A stretch of DNA of 64,000 nt from Octopus vulgaris (lineage: Eukaryota), in contig OX597829.1 in the NCBI GenBank assembly GCA_951406725.2, positions 23,994,001 to 24,058,000 of the forward strand. The letters run 5' to 3'. The translations under genes and the position numbers were made by a program. Shown piece by piece: positions 12,578-26,399 of the stretch. Numbering within the stretch: position 1 is the stretch's first letter; each line of letters starts with the position of its first letter. The notes under the pieces are model-generated. The model was given only the letters and a program-made list of their open reading frames with translations. It made no database searches and was not told where the DNA came from.

Positions 12578-13349
12578 TATATCTCAAATCAGTATCGTAT
12601 GATTCACATGTGATTTAGCTGAGATTTCTAGCAAGTCCACACTTATGTTATTGAAGGAGAGAGGGGCAAGTGTTTCTATAGTTTTATAATGACCAGTTTC
12701 ATTTGCGTCAGTGTTTCATCTTGGAAGCAACAATTGGCGAGGAAATGGAAAACTGAAGAAGGATACATAAATGGACTGAATTTGATAGACAGACAAATGC
12801 AATACACCAAGAGTGAGAGAGAGTGTGTGTGTGTGAGAGAGAGAGTATTTCTTTATTCATCATAAGGTTGAGAAAAAGAGGGGACAAAACAAACGTTGGG
12901 GGTCAGGGTATCGAATGAGACGAAACATATGAATAAACAAACAATTAAAATATATACAATTAAATGAGAATGAGTGATTAACAAAAAATGAAGCGGAGGA
13001 CGCGGTCGACCCCACAAACCACATACTGAGAGTGAGAGTGTGTGTGTGTGTGTGTGTGTGTCAAAGAGAAAGAGAGAGAGAGGGCAGAGAGAAAGAGAGA
13101 GAGAGGGCAGAGAGAAAGAGAGAGAGAAAGTGACATTTCCAATGTAGTTACCATGTTATTTCTTTTTTTGTATTTATGTATGTGTTTCTTCTTATCAAGT
13201 ACAGATTTTAGAATTTGTTTCTGGAATTTCTTACATAACTCTCAGATCCTTTGTATTTTTTTGGTCGATGGCATTTGTATTGCCCTACACTTACTTATTT
13301 ATTCTGTTCAACATATCACGTATTGAATGAATGAAAGAGTAGCCGAGCA

Positions 13350-13400
<51 letters not shown>

Positions 13401-13549
13401 ACGTGCGTGCATGTGTGTGTACATGTGTGCGTGCGTGTGACATTAGTGTGTTGTGGAGTGACATCAGATAGATGATTGTGTTAGCTGTTTCAGAGCTAAT
13501 CAACTGACTGGCTTGGATGAGTGGCACACTCTCTCTCTCACACACACAC

Positions 13550-13590
<41 letters not shown>

Positions 13591-14944
13591 CTGTTCTGTC
13601 TGTCTCTGTGTGTGTCGTCTGGTATCTAGGGCATCCTCCATCCGATTGCACTCAAATTTGATATGTAGATACCGACGGTATCAGGGCGTGTATAAGTCTT
13701 GAAAAAAATTACAAAAACCAATTCCAGGTGAGAATGCGATCAATAAAGCCGTTTTTGTCCTGCTTTTCTTCCGTCAACCTGTACATAACTGCACTTTCCA
13801 TTTTTAGTTGTTTTTGTACTGCTTAAAGGCACATTTCTTTCCTGCCAAGCTTACTGTTTAAACCATGTTTGTGTTCTCCCAGTCAACAGCCTTATTATTA
13901 CTGGTACTTTAAACACTTCGGTTGCATATTTGTGTGAATAAAATCGTTTTTCTTTGGAATAGAAAAAAGTCTATCTTTATTTCTTCTTTTGCTGGTGTCT
14001 CAAATTTAGGTTAAATCAGTGTTTCTCAAAGGGGAGGCCTATGGGACGGTCGGACAAGTTGTTTTGAGAAAATTTGGTTTAAATGTTTGACAACTCAGCA
14101 CCGTCCATTGGACGGGAGGCGTTTTGCTTGTGTATGTATATATATATATATACACAAACATACACACATATATATGCACACTCACACACACACACACACA
14201 TTGATATATACATACACTTGTAGATTATTAAAGGAAAGTATGACATAGTCCCTGGCCCATCTTGGATTTGAAACACCTCCAAACAGGTAGCACAATGACA
14301 ATCAAATTTTTGCCAGCATGGAAAATGAATGATGATAATGTGTGTGTGTGTATTCTACAAAGTGTTAAAAAGTTTAGGTGTGCATCTGTGACTGGGTCAC
14401 TGAAATACAGTAGAATTTTGTGTTATGAGACCATAACATTAACTAAAGTTTAAAACATTTCCTTTTGTTTGATTTAAGAAATAAACAAAAGTGAACATAA
14501 CAGTTTTTGTAGTTACTGGTGTCTTCTTAAGTGTTTGTCATGTTGATTGCATAATGTTTTTTACCACTGTTATGTAATTTATTTTGGTATTTTGATGAGA
14601 TGTGTGTATATACTATAAAGCATTGAATAACATACCTGGTTTCTGCTTATTATATATGTTTGATTCAGCCCAATGCAACTCAGTTTCATTGGATCATTAT
14701 AGGAACCTGGCTCAACAGGTTCAGTGTATATATATATATATATATACACACATACATACATACATACACATATATAAATAAATATGTGTGCATATATACA
14801 TCAATATCTATCACATACACACACTGCACGCATATTCATATTATCCTGTTTATATAAACATATACAGAAACAAGATGATGAAAGGGACAAATCAAAGAAA
14901 ATGCTTTTCAGTATAATTACTTAGACCAAGATTATTTTCTCTTT

Positions 14945-15760
14945 ATCACAAGTTTTGTTTGAGCTCCTGGAGTCTTGCATGCGTAGCGGGCTCACTACCT
15001 GCAGCCTACAGTACCATGCTATTTATTCTTTTCAGCTATCTAATACTTTCCTGATTATTCTGGCCGTGCCAAGGAGGAAAACCTTTTGTGACAGTTCTGC
15101 TGGGCATTCTATTCCAATTTCATTTATATTCTTCTTGATGCCTTCTGATACTGTTCCCAAGGACCCAACAATAATTGGCACTATCTTCACTGTCTTCATT
15201 TTCCATAACCAGGCTATTTCATACTTAAGAGGGTTGTATCTATCTTTACCTCTTCTTTCTTGACTATTCATGAGTCAAAGGGGCATGCAACATCAACTAT
15301 ATAGCATATGTTGTGCACCCCATCCACCATCACTAGTTCTGGTCTGTTATGCTCTAGCACCTGATCTGTTTAGAATGGGAAATCCCAGATGTTTTTGCTA
15401 GTCTCCAACTCTGCCACTCTCTGCAGTTTGTGCTCATACCACATCTTGCCTCTCTCTAGCCCCCACTTTTCGTGCAGTTTCCAATGTAACACTTTTGCTA
15501 CCTGGTCATGCCACCATAACTTGTAGTGGTGGTTTTGGGCAAGTCTAGGACATTTGTTTGTGATATGGACAATGGTTTCATCCACTCTATTGCAGATGTG
15601 GCACAGTGGAGACACTTGCTCATTCCTCGGGTTGACCCTTCAGTTCAAGGCCAAAGCTTGGTCCTGCACTGCCAGTATAGTGCTCTCAGTCTCTTTTTTT
15701 TAGGGTTCCTTTCATTAGCCATTCCCACCTATTTTTTTCCAATGACTTCTGTTGTAGATA
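14945..15760 (-). mobile_element. Decayed RLE-type non-LTR retrotransposon (R4/NeSL-like) 3' part
   Basis: CCHC knuckle CHICNRVDETIVHITNKC, HDQVAKVLHWKL, then restriction-like endonuclease tail RYNPLKYEIAWLWKMKTVKIVPIIVGSLG; frameshifted. Confidence 0.75.
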
Positions 15761-15784
15761 CATGGAATTGTTTATTATTATTAT

Positions 15785-15836
<52 letters not shown>

Positions 15837-16859
15837 GGTGGTGGTGGTGGTGGTGGTGGTGGCGGTGGCAGCGGCAGTTCTTAAATGCAGTGAGAGAAGG
15901 ATAGTTGTTTGTATCAACCCTAAGCTCTTGACTGGGTTTTTTTTATTTCATCAACCCTGACGTATATGGAAACCAAATTAACTCTGAAATTTGAACTCAG
16001 AATATAAAGAACTGGTTAAAATTCTGCCTTCTTACCATTTCTACAGAAGGAAATAAAATTTGAAGAGAGTTTGTAATAAATCAAAAGCAACTCCAGTGCA
16101 TCATTCTTACAAAATTTTGACACCTGGAAGAATGGCAGGCAAAGTTAACCCTGGTGGGTTTCAAACTCAGAATATTTGGAGTGATGTTATTAACGAATAT
16201 AAAAAATTTTGTCTGGTATTCTACTGGTTCTGTTCTACCAACTCTGCTAAATTATTGACATAATAGCAGACATTTTGTTGTAGACAGACAGACAGATACA
16301 GATAAAATAAATTTTTGTGTGTGTGTGTGTGAGAGAGAGAGAAACAAAGACAGAGAGGTAGATAGAGAAACAGAAAGTGGTAGACAGACAAATACAGGAG
16401 ACCTGCATATATAGATAGGTTGATATAAAAAATAGATAAACAGACAGGCAGACAGACAGAAATCAATAGACTGCTTTGAGATTCCTGTAATCTGTCTATG
16501 ATTTAGAAGATGTTTATTGTCTCTTTTTTTGTTTTTGTTACTTGTTTTTGTTTGGTGGGCGTTTTGTGTCAAAATATGTAATTTAGTGCAGATTACAGTT
16601 AACTGTGCCATCACTGCTACTGCTACTGCTACAACTAAGATCACTACCATTGCTGCTGCTGCTGCTGCTACTACTACTATTATCAATGCACTCTTGATCT
16701 GTTTACATAATTCTTCTCATTTCTTAATTTCTTTCTCACTTTGCTCTCATATATATCTCCATCGTGTATAATTTGTCAGCTATAACTTGTTTCCAAGTAT
16801 ATAGTATATTTCGGTCCAGAGGGGTGGGGTTAGGGATCACTTGTGCTGTAGGTGACAAA

Positions 16860-19000
16860 GGGCTTTCTGGTGGCTAATAAGCCCAATTCTTGCTCTAAAC
16901 AGTCAGTCGCATGAATCACAGGTGTAGATTAGGCCTGGGTTGCACTGTCTTTCCTGTTCTATTTTCATTCCAATATCTGTTCTTCAAAATGGGATATTCC
17001 TGCCTCGGTCAAATTATGCCGATCATTGCATTGGTTGGCTGTCATTTCTCAGGAATTTTGGTCTATGTCAGTACTCTTTGGAGTTTCCTTCAATTAGTCT
17101 TTGTAGTGTTGCAGGGGGTATCTCTGAGGGCATCTCCCATTGTTCATTTATACAAACAGGAACATCTTTGGGAGCCTGTTTTCCCCCATGTGAGCCACAT
17201 GGCCTGCTCGTCTGAGGAAGTGCTTGATGATGTAACCTCCATGCTAATTTGTCCCACTCTGTATTAATACATCAATATTGGAAACATAGTCCTCTCTTTT
17301 CGTGTTCAGGATAGACTGGAGTTTCTTTTGATGGAATTATTCAAGTGTTTGCAGGTCATGGCAATACAGGGTCTACATCTCACATTCATACAGCAGAGTA
17401 GACACAACTATGGCATTGTACACCACCATTTTCATTTTAAGACTACTGATTACCAAAGGCTGAGTGGCTGCTTAGATCCTGTTTTCTAAATCCTTTGATG
17501 ATGTACATTAGACAAGCAGGAGGCTGTCAATATAAGGGAAAAGATAAAGGAAATGTTCAACATATTCAATGGAGGTTCTGCTAATGGTGATGTTACACTT
17601 TGGTGAATTACAATGATTTCGGTTTTGCCTTTGTTAAATGTTAGGCCAAACTGGGAATATGCCATTCAGAAATTGCTGACAGATAGTTGTAAGGCCTCAG
17701 ATGGGTGGGTAGGGGCAGCATTGTCATCTGCATACTGCATTACATTTATTTTGATGGTGCTGGTGGGATGCTGAAAGTGGAGCCTTGATAGATTAGAAAG
17801 TCCTCCATCAAACGGTACTTGATTTCTACACCTGAGTTGTTCTAAGGGATTTCATGAAGCATGGCAATAAGGTTAAATGAGAAGAGTGTGGGTGCAGGAA
17901 CACAGCCCTGTTTCAGACTGCACGGGATGGGAAATTCTTCTGAGGTGTTAGCTTGGTGGATAACACACACCATCATGCATTGATCTAATCATTCCCACAA
18001 AGGGTTTTGGTAGGCCAAATCATTGCATAACAGCCATTTTCCTTATGGCACTGGCTTGCACTGCTGTAGTTGAGGGTGTACCACTTTTTTGATTGTGAGT
18101 GTTTCAAGGTTGTCTTATGTCAGGTGTCAGAACTGGGTGTTTGTGATGAACAATTCGTGTTCAGTATCGAGGCCCAGAAAGAGCTGACCTTTTTCATTAT
18201 AGTTTCAAATTGTTTCTCTCTCAATTATATTTGGCCATAACTATTGGTCTTTTCTACTCTATCATTAAAGTCACCCAAGAGTAGGAGGTGGTCTCCCTTT
18301 GGAAGTAGTGAGATAATAATAGTACCTAATTGATGGTAAAATGCCTATTTGATGTCTTCCTCTGTATCAAGTATTGGGGCATAGGCAGATACCAGCCATG
18401 AAATGGCTCCTTTGAAGTAGGATGTGGCCTTGGGTACCAGGCTGTTGTGTTCTGACTAGTTGGCTCTTAATGGCAAAGTCAACATCATGGTAGTGTTGAT
18501 CGTCATGGTTTCTTCATGATGGCCTACACTCAGTACGTGGGTCTAATTTAAAGTAGTAGTAGCAATGTCAACTTTGAATCTGGCAAGTTCCCTTGAGATG
18601 GATGCTGATCTTCATTCAGGGTATTCTGTGCCTGTCTGGTCCAAGAGAGTTCATACATTTGTGGATCCACAAGTGATCTGGGTGGGTTTTATTTGTGGGT
18701 TTCTTATATTATGACAGCATTGATGAGTGTCTTGTTTGGGTGCAGTTCCCCACGATCAGGAGTATAATGTGACTACTGATGTTTATCCAACATTTTCTAG
18801 GGCCTTCTCCATTTGGGGTGGGCAGTGGTACTCCTAAAACGGATTGGGCAGTCAAAGGTGCGGGACTGAATTTCTGTGTAATCACAAGTCACAGGAAGGT
18901 GACCATCACACACCTGCCACCAAAGTGTGAGTCTAGACTAGGACCTTCCTGCTACACTATACCTTGCTCCCAACAATTTTATCTCATCACCTTTGGAGTT
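16860..19000 (-). mobile_element. Decayed RTE-clade LINE (APE + RT remnants)
   Basis: Minus strand QYADDNA (about 17715-17737), AYAPILD and LLLGDFND (APE motifs, about 18265-18390) and KQGCVPAPTLF; many stops. Confidence 0.7.
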
Positions 19001-19390
19001 TTGTAAAATTTAGGGATTAAGAAAGGAGTGGGCAGAGATGGGGACTAACTGACAGTAACCAACAACTACATTGATTATTATTGCTCAAAAGATTTTAGCG
19101 TGCTTTTTGTGGGGGGACTTATGAACAACTGACTGGTTATATGTATGCATGACTGTGCACATGGTTTCAGGTTCAGTACCACTGCATGGCATCTTGGGCA
19201 ATATATATATATATATATAATCTGTAGTCATGGCTGTGTGGTAAGAAGCTTGCTTCCCAACTACATAGTCCCAGGTTCAGGTCCACTGACTGGAACCTTG
19301 GGCAAGTGTCTTCTATAACCTCGGGCTGACCAAAGCCTTGTGAATGGATTTGGTAGATGGAAACTGGAAGAAGCTCATCGTGTGTGTATA

Positions 19391-19424
<34 letters not shown>

Positions 19425-19751
19425 GCCAAAACGAATTTGTGTGTGTCAGTGTGTCACTCTTTGACTGCCTCTCTCACTATTCAGTGGCACTTCTACTATT
19501 ACTCATGATGGGGTGAGCGTAATAGTAGGCATAGAGATGGTGAGGGTGGTAGTATATTGATGGTAATAGTATGAGCTGTAGTTGTGATAGAGGTGACGGT
19601 GATTATGGTGGTGGTGGTGATGGTGGCCAAGGTAGCCAAGGATGACGGTGATCGTAAACAATGTGAAAGACAGTAGTGATGGTGGTGAAGGAGAAGGCAG
19701 CGAAGCCAAAGGTATTGATGGTGGTGGCCCGATAAGGCGGCTTTTAATATA

Positions 19752-19790
<39 letters not shown>

Positions 19791-21354
19791 GTAGATGCAT
19801 GCATGGCTGTGTGGTAAGAAGCTCGATTCCCAACTACATTGTACTGGGTTCAGTCCCACTGTGTGACACCTTGGTAGATGGAAACTGAAATCAATTCATT
19901 GTGTGTGTCTTTGTTTCTGTGCTTGTCCTCCACCACTGCTTGCCAACTGGTGTTGGTATGTTCATGTCCCCATAACTTAACAGTTCAACAAAAGAGACCA
20001 ACTGAATGAGCTTTAAAAGAAGATTTATAAAAAAAAAGTAATAAGTCCTGGGGCCGATTCGTTTGACTAAAAACCTTCAAAGTGGTGCTCCAGCATGGTT
20101 GCAGTCAAATGGCAGAAACAAGTAAAAGATACACACTCACACACACACACACACACATATATATATTTGTGTGCATGTGTGCATATATTTGTGTCTGTAT
20201 ATATTTCTGTATACACACCAACACAATTTGGTTAAATTACAATTGGAAGAACTTCAAAGTCACTGTCAAAAAATCATGGACATGTGGGAGTATACACATA
20301 TATTGAGTCCTTTCTTGAGATAGTTTTCAATATTTTTATGCATGTAAAAGTCTCAATTTTTTGCAATATTTTGTGTGTGGTGAGTGGGGTACAAATATAC
20401 ATGCATATATATATGCACCCGCCTATACACACATGTATGTATAATTTAGCTGTTTGGCAGAAGCTACTGATAGGCTTTTAAGTACTTAAGTCAATTTGAT
20501 CAACTAAGCACTTCATGGCTCCAGCCTGGCCACAGTCCAATGACTCAAACAAGTAAAAGCTCATACATAAACACATACACACTGACATGCACACACACGC
20601 ATTTCATTTCTTTTATCTCTTTTTTTTTTTTTCATTCTTCCTCTCTCACTCCATTATCACATATTCTTCATTCTCTTTCCTCCCCCTCTCTCTCTCTCTG
20701 TATTGACCAACACTCTGGACTCTGTTACCAACCAATGAACACACTTTGTCAGTAGCGTTTTGTATTCTTCATTTTACTTACCTCTCCTCCCACCGCTCTT
20801 GGCACCTCCAAGACAAATGTTCAAAGGGGTGTGTGCTGCTGGCTGTATGGCAGAATTACTGAAGCATTTTATTCTCTGTTTTACATAGTAGTAGACTGGT
20901 AAACACTGGGACCAAAAAAAAAAAAAAAAAAGAGAAAGAAGAAAGAAATCAAATAACCAAACACCCCCCATTCCTGCATCTCTCGCCCCTTTACTTTTAC
21001 TTTCACTTTTCCTCCTGTTGATCATCTGGTGTCATCAATATACTATAAATGACAACATTAGAGTAACCACTCTAGATCTGGTGGTTTACACAGGAAAAAG
21101 GTAGGGTTTCTTTTCCATTTGAACTTGTGTAATTTCTGTTTTGCTCTAATATATTCACAATATACATTCAGAGATTCTAATACATTCAGAAATAATTATA
21201 TACACGCATGACATAGTGTGTCTGTCTGTTTGTCTATTTTAAATTTCTCTCTTCTTCCTTTCTTCAGAGCAGTTGATGTTGTTTATCATTATTTTAGCAA
21301 ACAGTAACGTATTTTTATCTGCAATATCTCTTAGTGTTTCTCACTGATATTTAT

Positions 21355-21395
<41 letters not shown>

Positions 21396-21595
21396 GGGTT
21401 TGTATGATTGTGTATAGAGGGATATACTAGTCCCTTAATATTTGATATTCAATATTTCATCTATTCAATAAGACAATCAATACTTCATTTCATCTTACTA
21501 TATATATACTATTTATACTATATATTCTATATTCTACATTAATATTATTTAGAATATAAATAAAACATAAAAAACAGACAGTTGGAATTCCTTTG

Positions 21596-21631
<36 letters not shown>

Positions 21632-22616
21632 CAATACAAATATATATATTATCATCATCAAATGCCTGTGTTTGATGCTGGCATGGGTTAGACTAATATG
21701 CATACATACATGTGTGTGTGTAGTTGTATGTAAATTCTTTTCCCCTTTTTCTCCCTCCTTCAACTGTCTTTCTAGTTGTGTGTGTGTGTGTGTGTGTGTA
21801 TTTCTACTTTTTGGTCTGGTCTTGCTAGCTGCACATGACAATCTTGTAATGGTTCCATGACATGTCGCAAACCATTAGGAAAGCAATGTTTAATTTATAT
21901 GATATTAAACTGTTGCATTGCCATCTGTTTTATATTCTGTTATTCTGATATTCTGTTTCATAATGTAATAAATTTTCTCACTGATTGTCTTTAGTAAAAT
22001 GTCATTATCGTAATCCAGCAAAATACAAATATTTTCACTTAGAAATATAGAATTCTTACATAGAATTCTCATGTGTGTATGTATAATTTCTCTGTATGTA
22101 TATAGCTGTGTGTATGCACGTAACTATATATATATATGAATTTGTGTGTGTGTGTGTGCTATATCTTTGTGAATGCATATCTACATGTTTTGAATATGCA
22201 TGCAAATTCTTGTGTATGTATTACATGTTTATATGTGTATGTGCATATGTAATTTTGTGTGTGTGTGTGTGAGTTTCAAAAGACTAATTATTCAAAAATA
22301 TATTAATTCTAATTAGCTTAAGGAGTAAGTGTTCTTTTTGGCAACACTTTAATATATGTATGTGTGTGTGTGTGTGTATGTGTCTGTGAGTGCGTGCATC
22401 TGTGTGTTTGGGTGTGACTGGGTGTTGGTCAAACATTATTCTAATGTCCGGACCTGACTATGACTCATAATCGCATTTTCTTTTGTTGTTGTTTTTTACT
22501 CCTTTTTATTTTATTTTTTTTTCGCTTTTTTTTATTTTGTTCTCTTATGCCTTTTATTGTTGTCATTGTATCTTGTCACAATTTTCTAAATTAATTCCGA
22601 AATTCCTTCGGTGAAG

Positions 22617-22621
22617 AACAA
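22617..22621 (+). CDS. Candidate 5-nt microexon AACAA
   Basis: About 225-nt AG-free, pyrimidine-rich zone, then gaAG|AACAA|GTGAGT (strong donor). TCAT (YCAY) cluster downstream. Confidence 0.25.
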
Positions 22622-22974
22622 GTGAGTCTAAATATCCAATGTGATTTATTTCTGTCTCCATGTTTTTCCTTTCGTCTTTTCTTTTGTTCTTCTTTCCTTC
22701 CTTCATGCCTTCATTCCTTACATCATACACTCATTCATTCATTCATTCTTCCGCTGCAATGATCAATGCTTTCTGCCATTGATAAACTCAACTAATCGAC
22801 CATACTTATATCTCCAATATGTTTCGTCACTACTGAAATAATCAATAAATTTTCTTTAGGTGTGTGTGCGCGCGCGCATGTGTGTTTCTTTAATTTGTCT
22901 TTATTTTAATTTAAATTAAGCAAAATATATTTGAGTTTGACAGTTATGTTTCAACCCTTGCAGACAACACACAC

Positions 22975-23150
22975 ACACCACACCATATCACACGCACGTC
23001 ATACCACACATGCACACCACACACTCACACACACACCACACCATATCACACGCACGTCATGCCACACATGCACACCACACACTCACACACACACCACACC
23101 ATATCACACGCACGTCATGCCACACATGCACACCACACACTCACACACAC
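22975..23150. repeat. 58-bp CA-rich tandem repeat, 3 copies
   Basis: ccatatcacacgcacgtcat recurs at 22983, 23041 and 23099. Confidence 0.85.
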
Positions 23151-23378
23151 ACACACACACACACATACACACACAAAGGTGGTTAATATTTCTTTCTCCT
23201 TCTCTCCTTCCTCTCTCTCAATCTCTCTTTTACTATCAGCCTTATTGGTATATTCTTTTTTTTTTACTCCATAGTTTTTTTTTATGAAGAAGATTTGCAC
23301 AAGAATGGGATGTTTTCTTTGGGGCTGCAAGAATTGTGCCTTTTTTTTCCCCCATTTTATCCTTTTTACTCATCGCAG

Positions 23379-23394
23379 ATTTCGGTTACTGCAA
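23379..23394 (+). CDS. Candidate 16-nt microexon
   Basis: Polypyrimidine tract plus cgcAG|ATTTCGGTTACTGCAA|GTGTTG, with a TGCATG cluster downstream. Weak donor; keeps frame only together with the 5-nt candidate. Confidence 0.25.
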
Positions 23395-23884
23395 GTGTTG
23401 TTGTTGTTGATGCTGACGTTAAATAATCATCTATATGCATGCATGTGTGTGTATATGTGTATATTAATGCCACACAGAAGTCTTAGACTGAGTTTTCAGT
23501 GTTGGGCATGTTCCCATAGCCATATAACTGTGGGTGCATGAGTGTGTGCATGTGCATGCGTGCAGTGTGTGGTGGAGTGCATGGTGATTATGCTAATTTC
23601 CAAAGAACTGTCATTCTTTTCAAAACTGCAATTTAAGTTTCCAAAGGTCCAAATTTTGCAAATAAAATGGGTACTGCTCCCTAGAGGAAACTAAATTTTC
23701 CTATCCCTTAGGTAGTCTAAAGATTCGGATGATGTGTTCAAAGCCCTTATGGTAGTATTATCAGTTCTGCCCATTTGAAACATATTTTATGTAATTCCTT
23801 TCATTTTTGCTGGATGGTGGTTCTGTTTTCTTAATAGGTGATAATTCTACTACTACTAATAATAATAATAAAATTATTATTATA

Positions 23885-24767
23885 TAAGACGGTGAGCTGA
23901 CAGAATCATTAGCATGATTCCGAATCATTAGGGATAGGAATAGCAGAATTGTTAGGGATAAAGGCGCCGAGCTGGCAGAAACATTAGCACGCCAGGCGAA
24001 ATTCTTAGTGGTATTTCGTCTGCCATTACATTCTGAGTTCAAATTCTGCCACGGTCGACTTTGCCTTTCATCCTTTCAGGGTCGATAAATTTAGTACCAG
24101 TTATGCACTGGTGTTGATGTAATTGACTTAATCCCTTTGTTTGTCCCCTCTAAGTTTAGCCCCTTGTGGGCAATAAAGAAATAAGAATCATTAGCCTGCC
24201 AAATCAAATGCTTAGCAGCATTTCATCCGTCTACACATTCTGAGTTCAAATTCCGCCAAGTTCAACTCTGCCTTTAAATTAAGTACCAGTGAAATACTGG
24301 GGTCGATGTAATCGACTAGTTCCCTCACCCAAATTTCTACTATAGTAGAAAGGATTATTATTATTATTATGATGATGGCAGTGAATTGGCAGAATTGTTA
24401 GCACACTGGATGAAATGCCTTGCAGCTTTTCATGTCTTTGTGTTTTGTGTTCAAATTCTGTTGGGGTTGATCTTGTCTTTCATCCCTTTCAGGGGTTGAT
24501 AAAATAAGTACCTGTTGAACACTGGGCCTGATTTGATCAACTTACCGTCTCTCCTGAAATTGCTGGCCTTGTGCCAAAATTTGAAATTATTAAGTAGCAA
24601 GCTGGCGGAATCATTAACATATCAGAAGAAATTTCTTTGTAGCATTTCTTTTAGCTTTTCGTTCTCATTCAAATTCTGATAAATTAAGTACCAGTTATGT
24701 ACTGGGGTCACTGTAACTGACTATCTCCCTCCCCAAAATTTCAGGCCCTGTACCTATAGTAGAAAGG

Positions 24768-24805
<38 letters not shown>

Positions 24806-25299
24806 CATCATCATCATCATCATCATCATTATTAATAATAATAAGGCTGTGAGCTGGCAGAATTGTTAACCTGGTGGGTGAAATGCTTAGTGATATTTCA
24901 TCTGCCACTATGTTTTGAGTTCAAATTCCACCAAGGTCAACTTTGCCTTTCATCCTTTTGAAGTTGATAAATTAAGTATCAGTGATACACTGGAGTCGAT
25001 TCAATCAACTAGCCACCCCCCCAAAAAAAATTCCAGGTCTTGTGCATATAGTAAAAAGGATTATTATCATTATTATTAATAAAGTGGCGAGCTGGCAGAA
25101 TTGTTAGCCCACTAGGTGAAGTGCTTAGTGGTACTTCATTTGCCACTATGTTCTCAGTTCAAATTCCGCCAAGGTCAGCCTTGCCTTTCATCCTTTCGGG
25201 GGTCAGTCAATAAATTAAGTACCAGTGGAGTACTGGGGTTGATGTGATTGACTGTCCTCCTCCCCACAAAATCCAGGCCTTGCGCCTATAGTAGAAAGG

Positions 25300-25340
<41 letters not shown>

Positions 25341-25570
25341 CATTATTATTATTAAGATGGGTGGGGACTGGCAGAATCATTAGAGCATCAGGGATAAAAA
25401 AAATATCTTTTGTAGTATTCATTCTGACCCTTTATGGTCCAAGTTCAAATTTTGCCGTGTTCAACTTTAGCTTTTATCCTCTTGGGGTTGGTGCCAGTCA
25501 AATACAGGCAGTCAATATAACTGAGGTACCCACTCCCTTCAAAATTGCTGGCCTTGTGCCAAAATGATAC
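23885..25570 (+). mobile_element. Head-to-tail cluster of about 8 OK/Meta-like SINEs separated by (ATT)n
   Basis: Repeated gagctggcagaa...gagttcaaattc...aagtaccag...tagtagaaaggattattatt units, all on the + strand. Confidence 0.8.
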
Positions 25571-25983
25571 ATTATTATTATTGTTGTTGTTGTTCCAAAG
25601 AAGAAGCCCCTACACAGACATTTGACCTAAAAGTAGCAGCCAAATCTCCCTCAAATCATACACAAAACTGAAGAACAATGTCTAAAAAAACAAAAAAGAC
25701 CAGATGTCCAAACAAAATAACTTTGATCATAGATCTGGCAGATCTGGGTAGACCTGGGGTTAAATTAATCTCAGATCAAATCCAACTGTCTGAATAAAGC
25801 AACAAACAGGATGGTTACAGCAGAAGCATCTTTGATCAGAGGTCTACTACAATGGTTTTCAACCATTTTTTACATATGGGCCCCTCTGATTCCTATTTTA
25901 CTCTGGGTTAGGAGGAGAGGACCCCCTAGCCATTCAATGTCTAAAAACTCTTGGACTTATTTAAGGACTATATAACAGCAGAT

Positions 25984-26291
25984 CACGTGATCACGTGACC
26001 GACCAGACCATCAGATGTTGTTACACATCACTGGTCACAATGCATTCGCATTGTTTTTTTTTAGCCTTCGAATGATGCCACCCCGCTGGCTAAGCGAGCA
26101 GGCCAACAGAAGAAAGAGTGAGAGGAGTGGTGAAAGAGTACAGCAGGGATCACCACCCCCTGCCGGAGCCTCGTGGAGCTTTTTAGGTGTTTTCGCTCAA
26201 TAAACACACACAACGCCCGGTCTGGGAATCGAAACCGCGATTCTACGACCGTGAGTCCGCTGCCCTAACCACTGGGCCATTGCGCCTCCAC
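25984..26291 (-). mobile_element. Young tRNA-derived SINE with a 12-bp TSD
   Basis: tRNA-like head on minus (ggcgcaatggcccagtggttagggc...ggtttcgattccc). TSD ATAACAGCAGAT at 25972-25983 and 26292-26303. Confidence 0.85.
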
Positions 26292-26399
26292 ATAACAGCA
26301 GATATTAATGGAATTTGTGATATGTGAATGCATTCTTGGGAATTCCTGTTTTGGAAATTTCCCTTCAGGACTCATTTAATTATAGTTAATTAATCATGG

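Noticed and set aside
13682-14125. Possible DNA-transposon ends (cagggcgtgt..., cagtgtttctcaaa)
   Set aside because: No matching second TIR or TSD found.
26200-26291. tRNA-like sequence
   Set aside because: It is the head of a TSD-flanked SINE, not a stand-alone tRNA gene. The same applies to other A/B-box heads.
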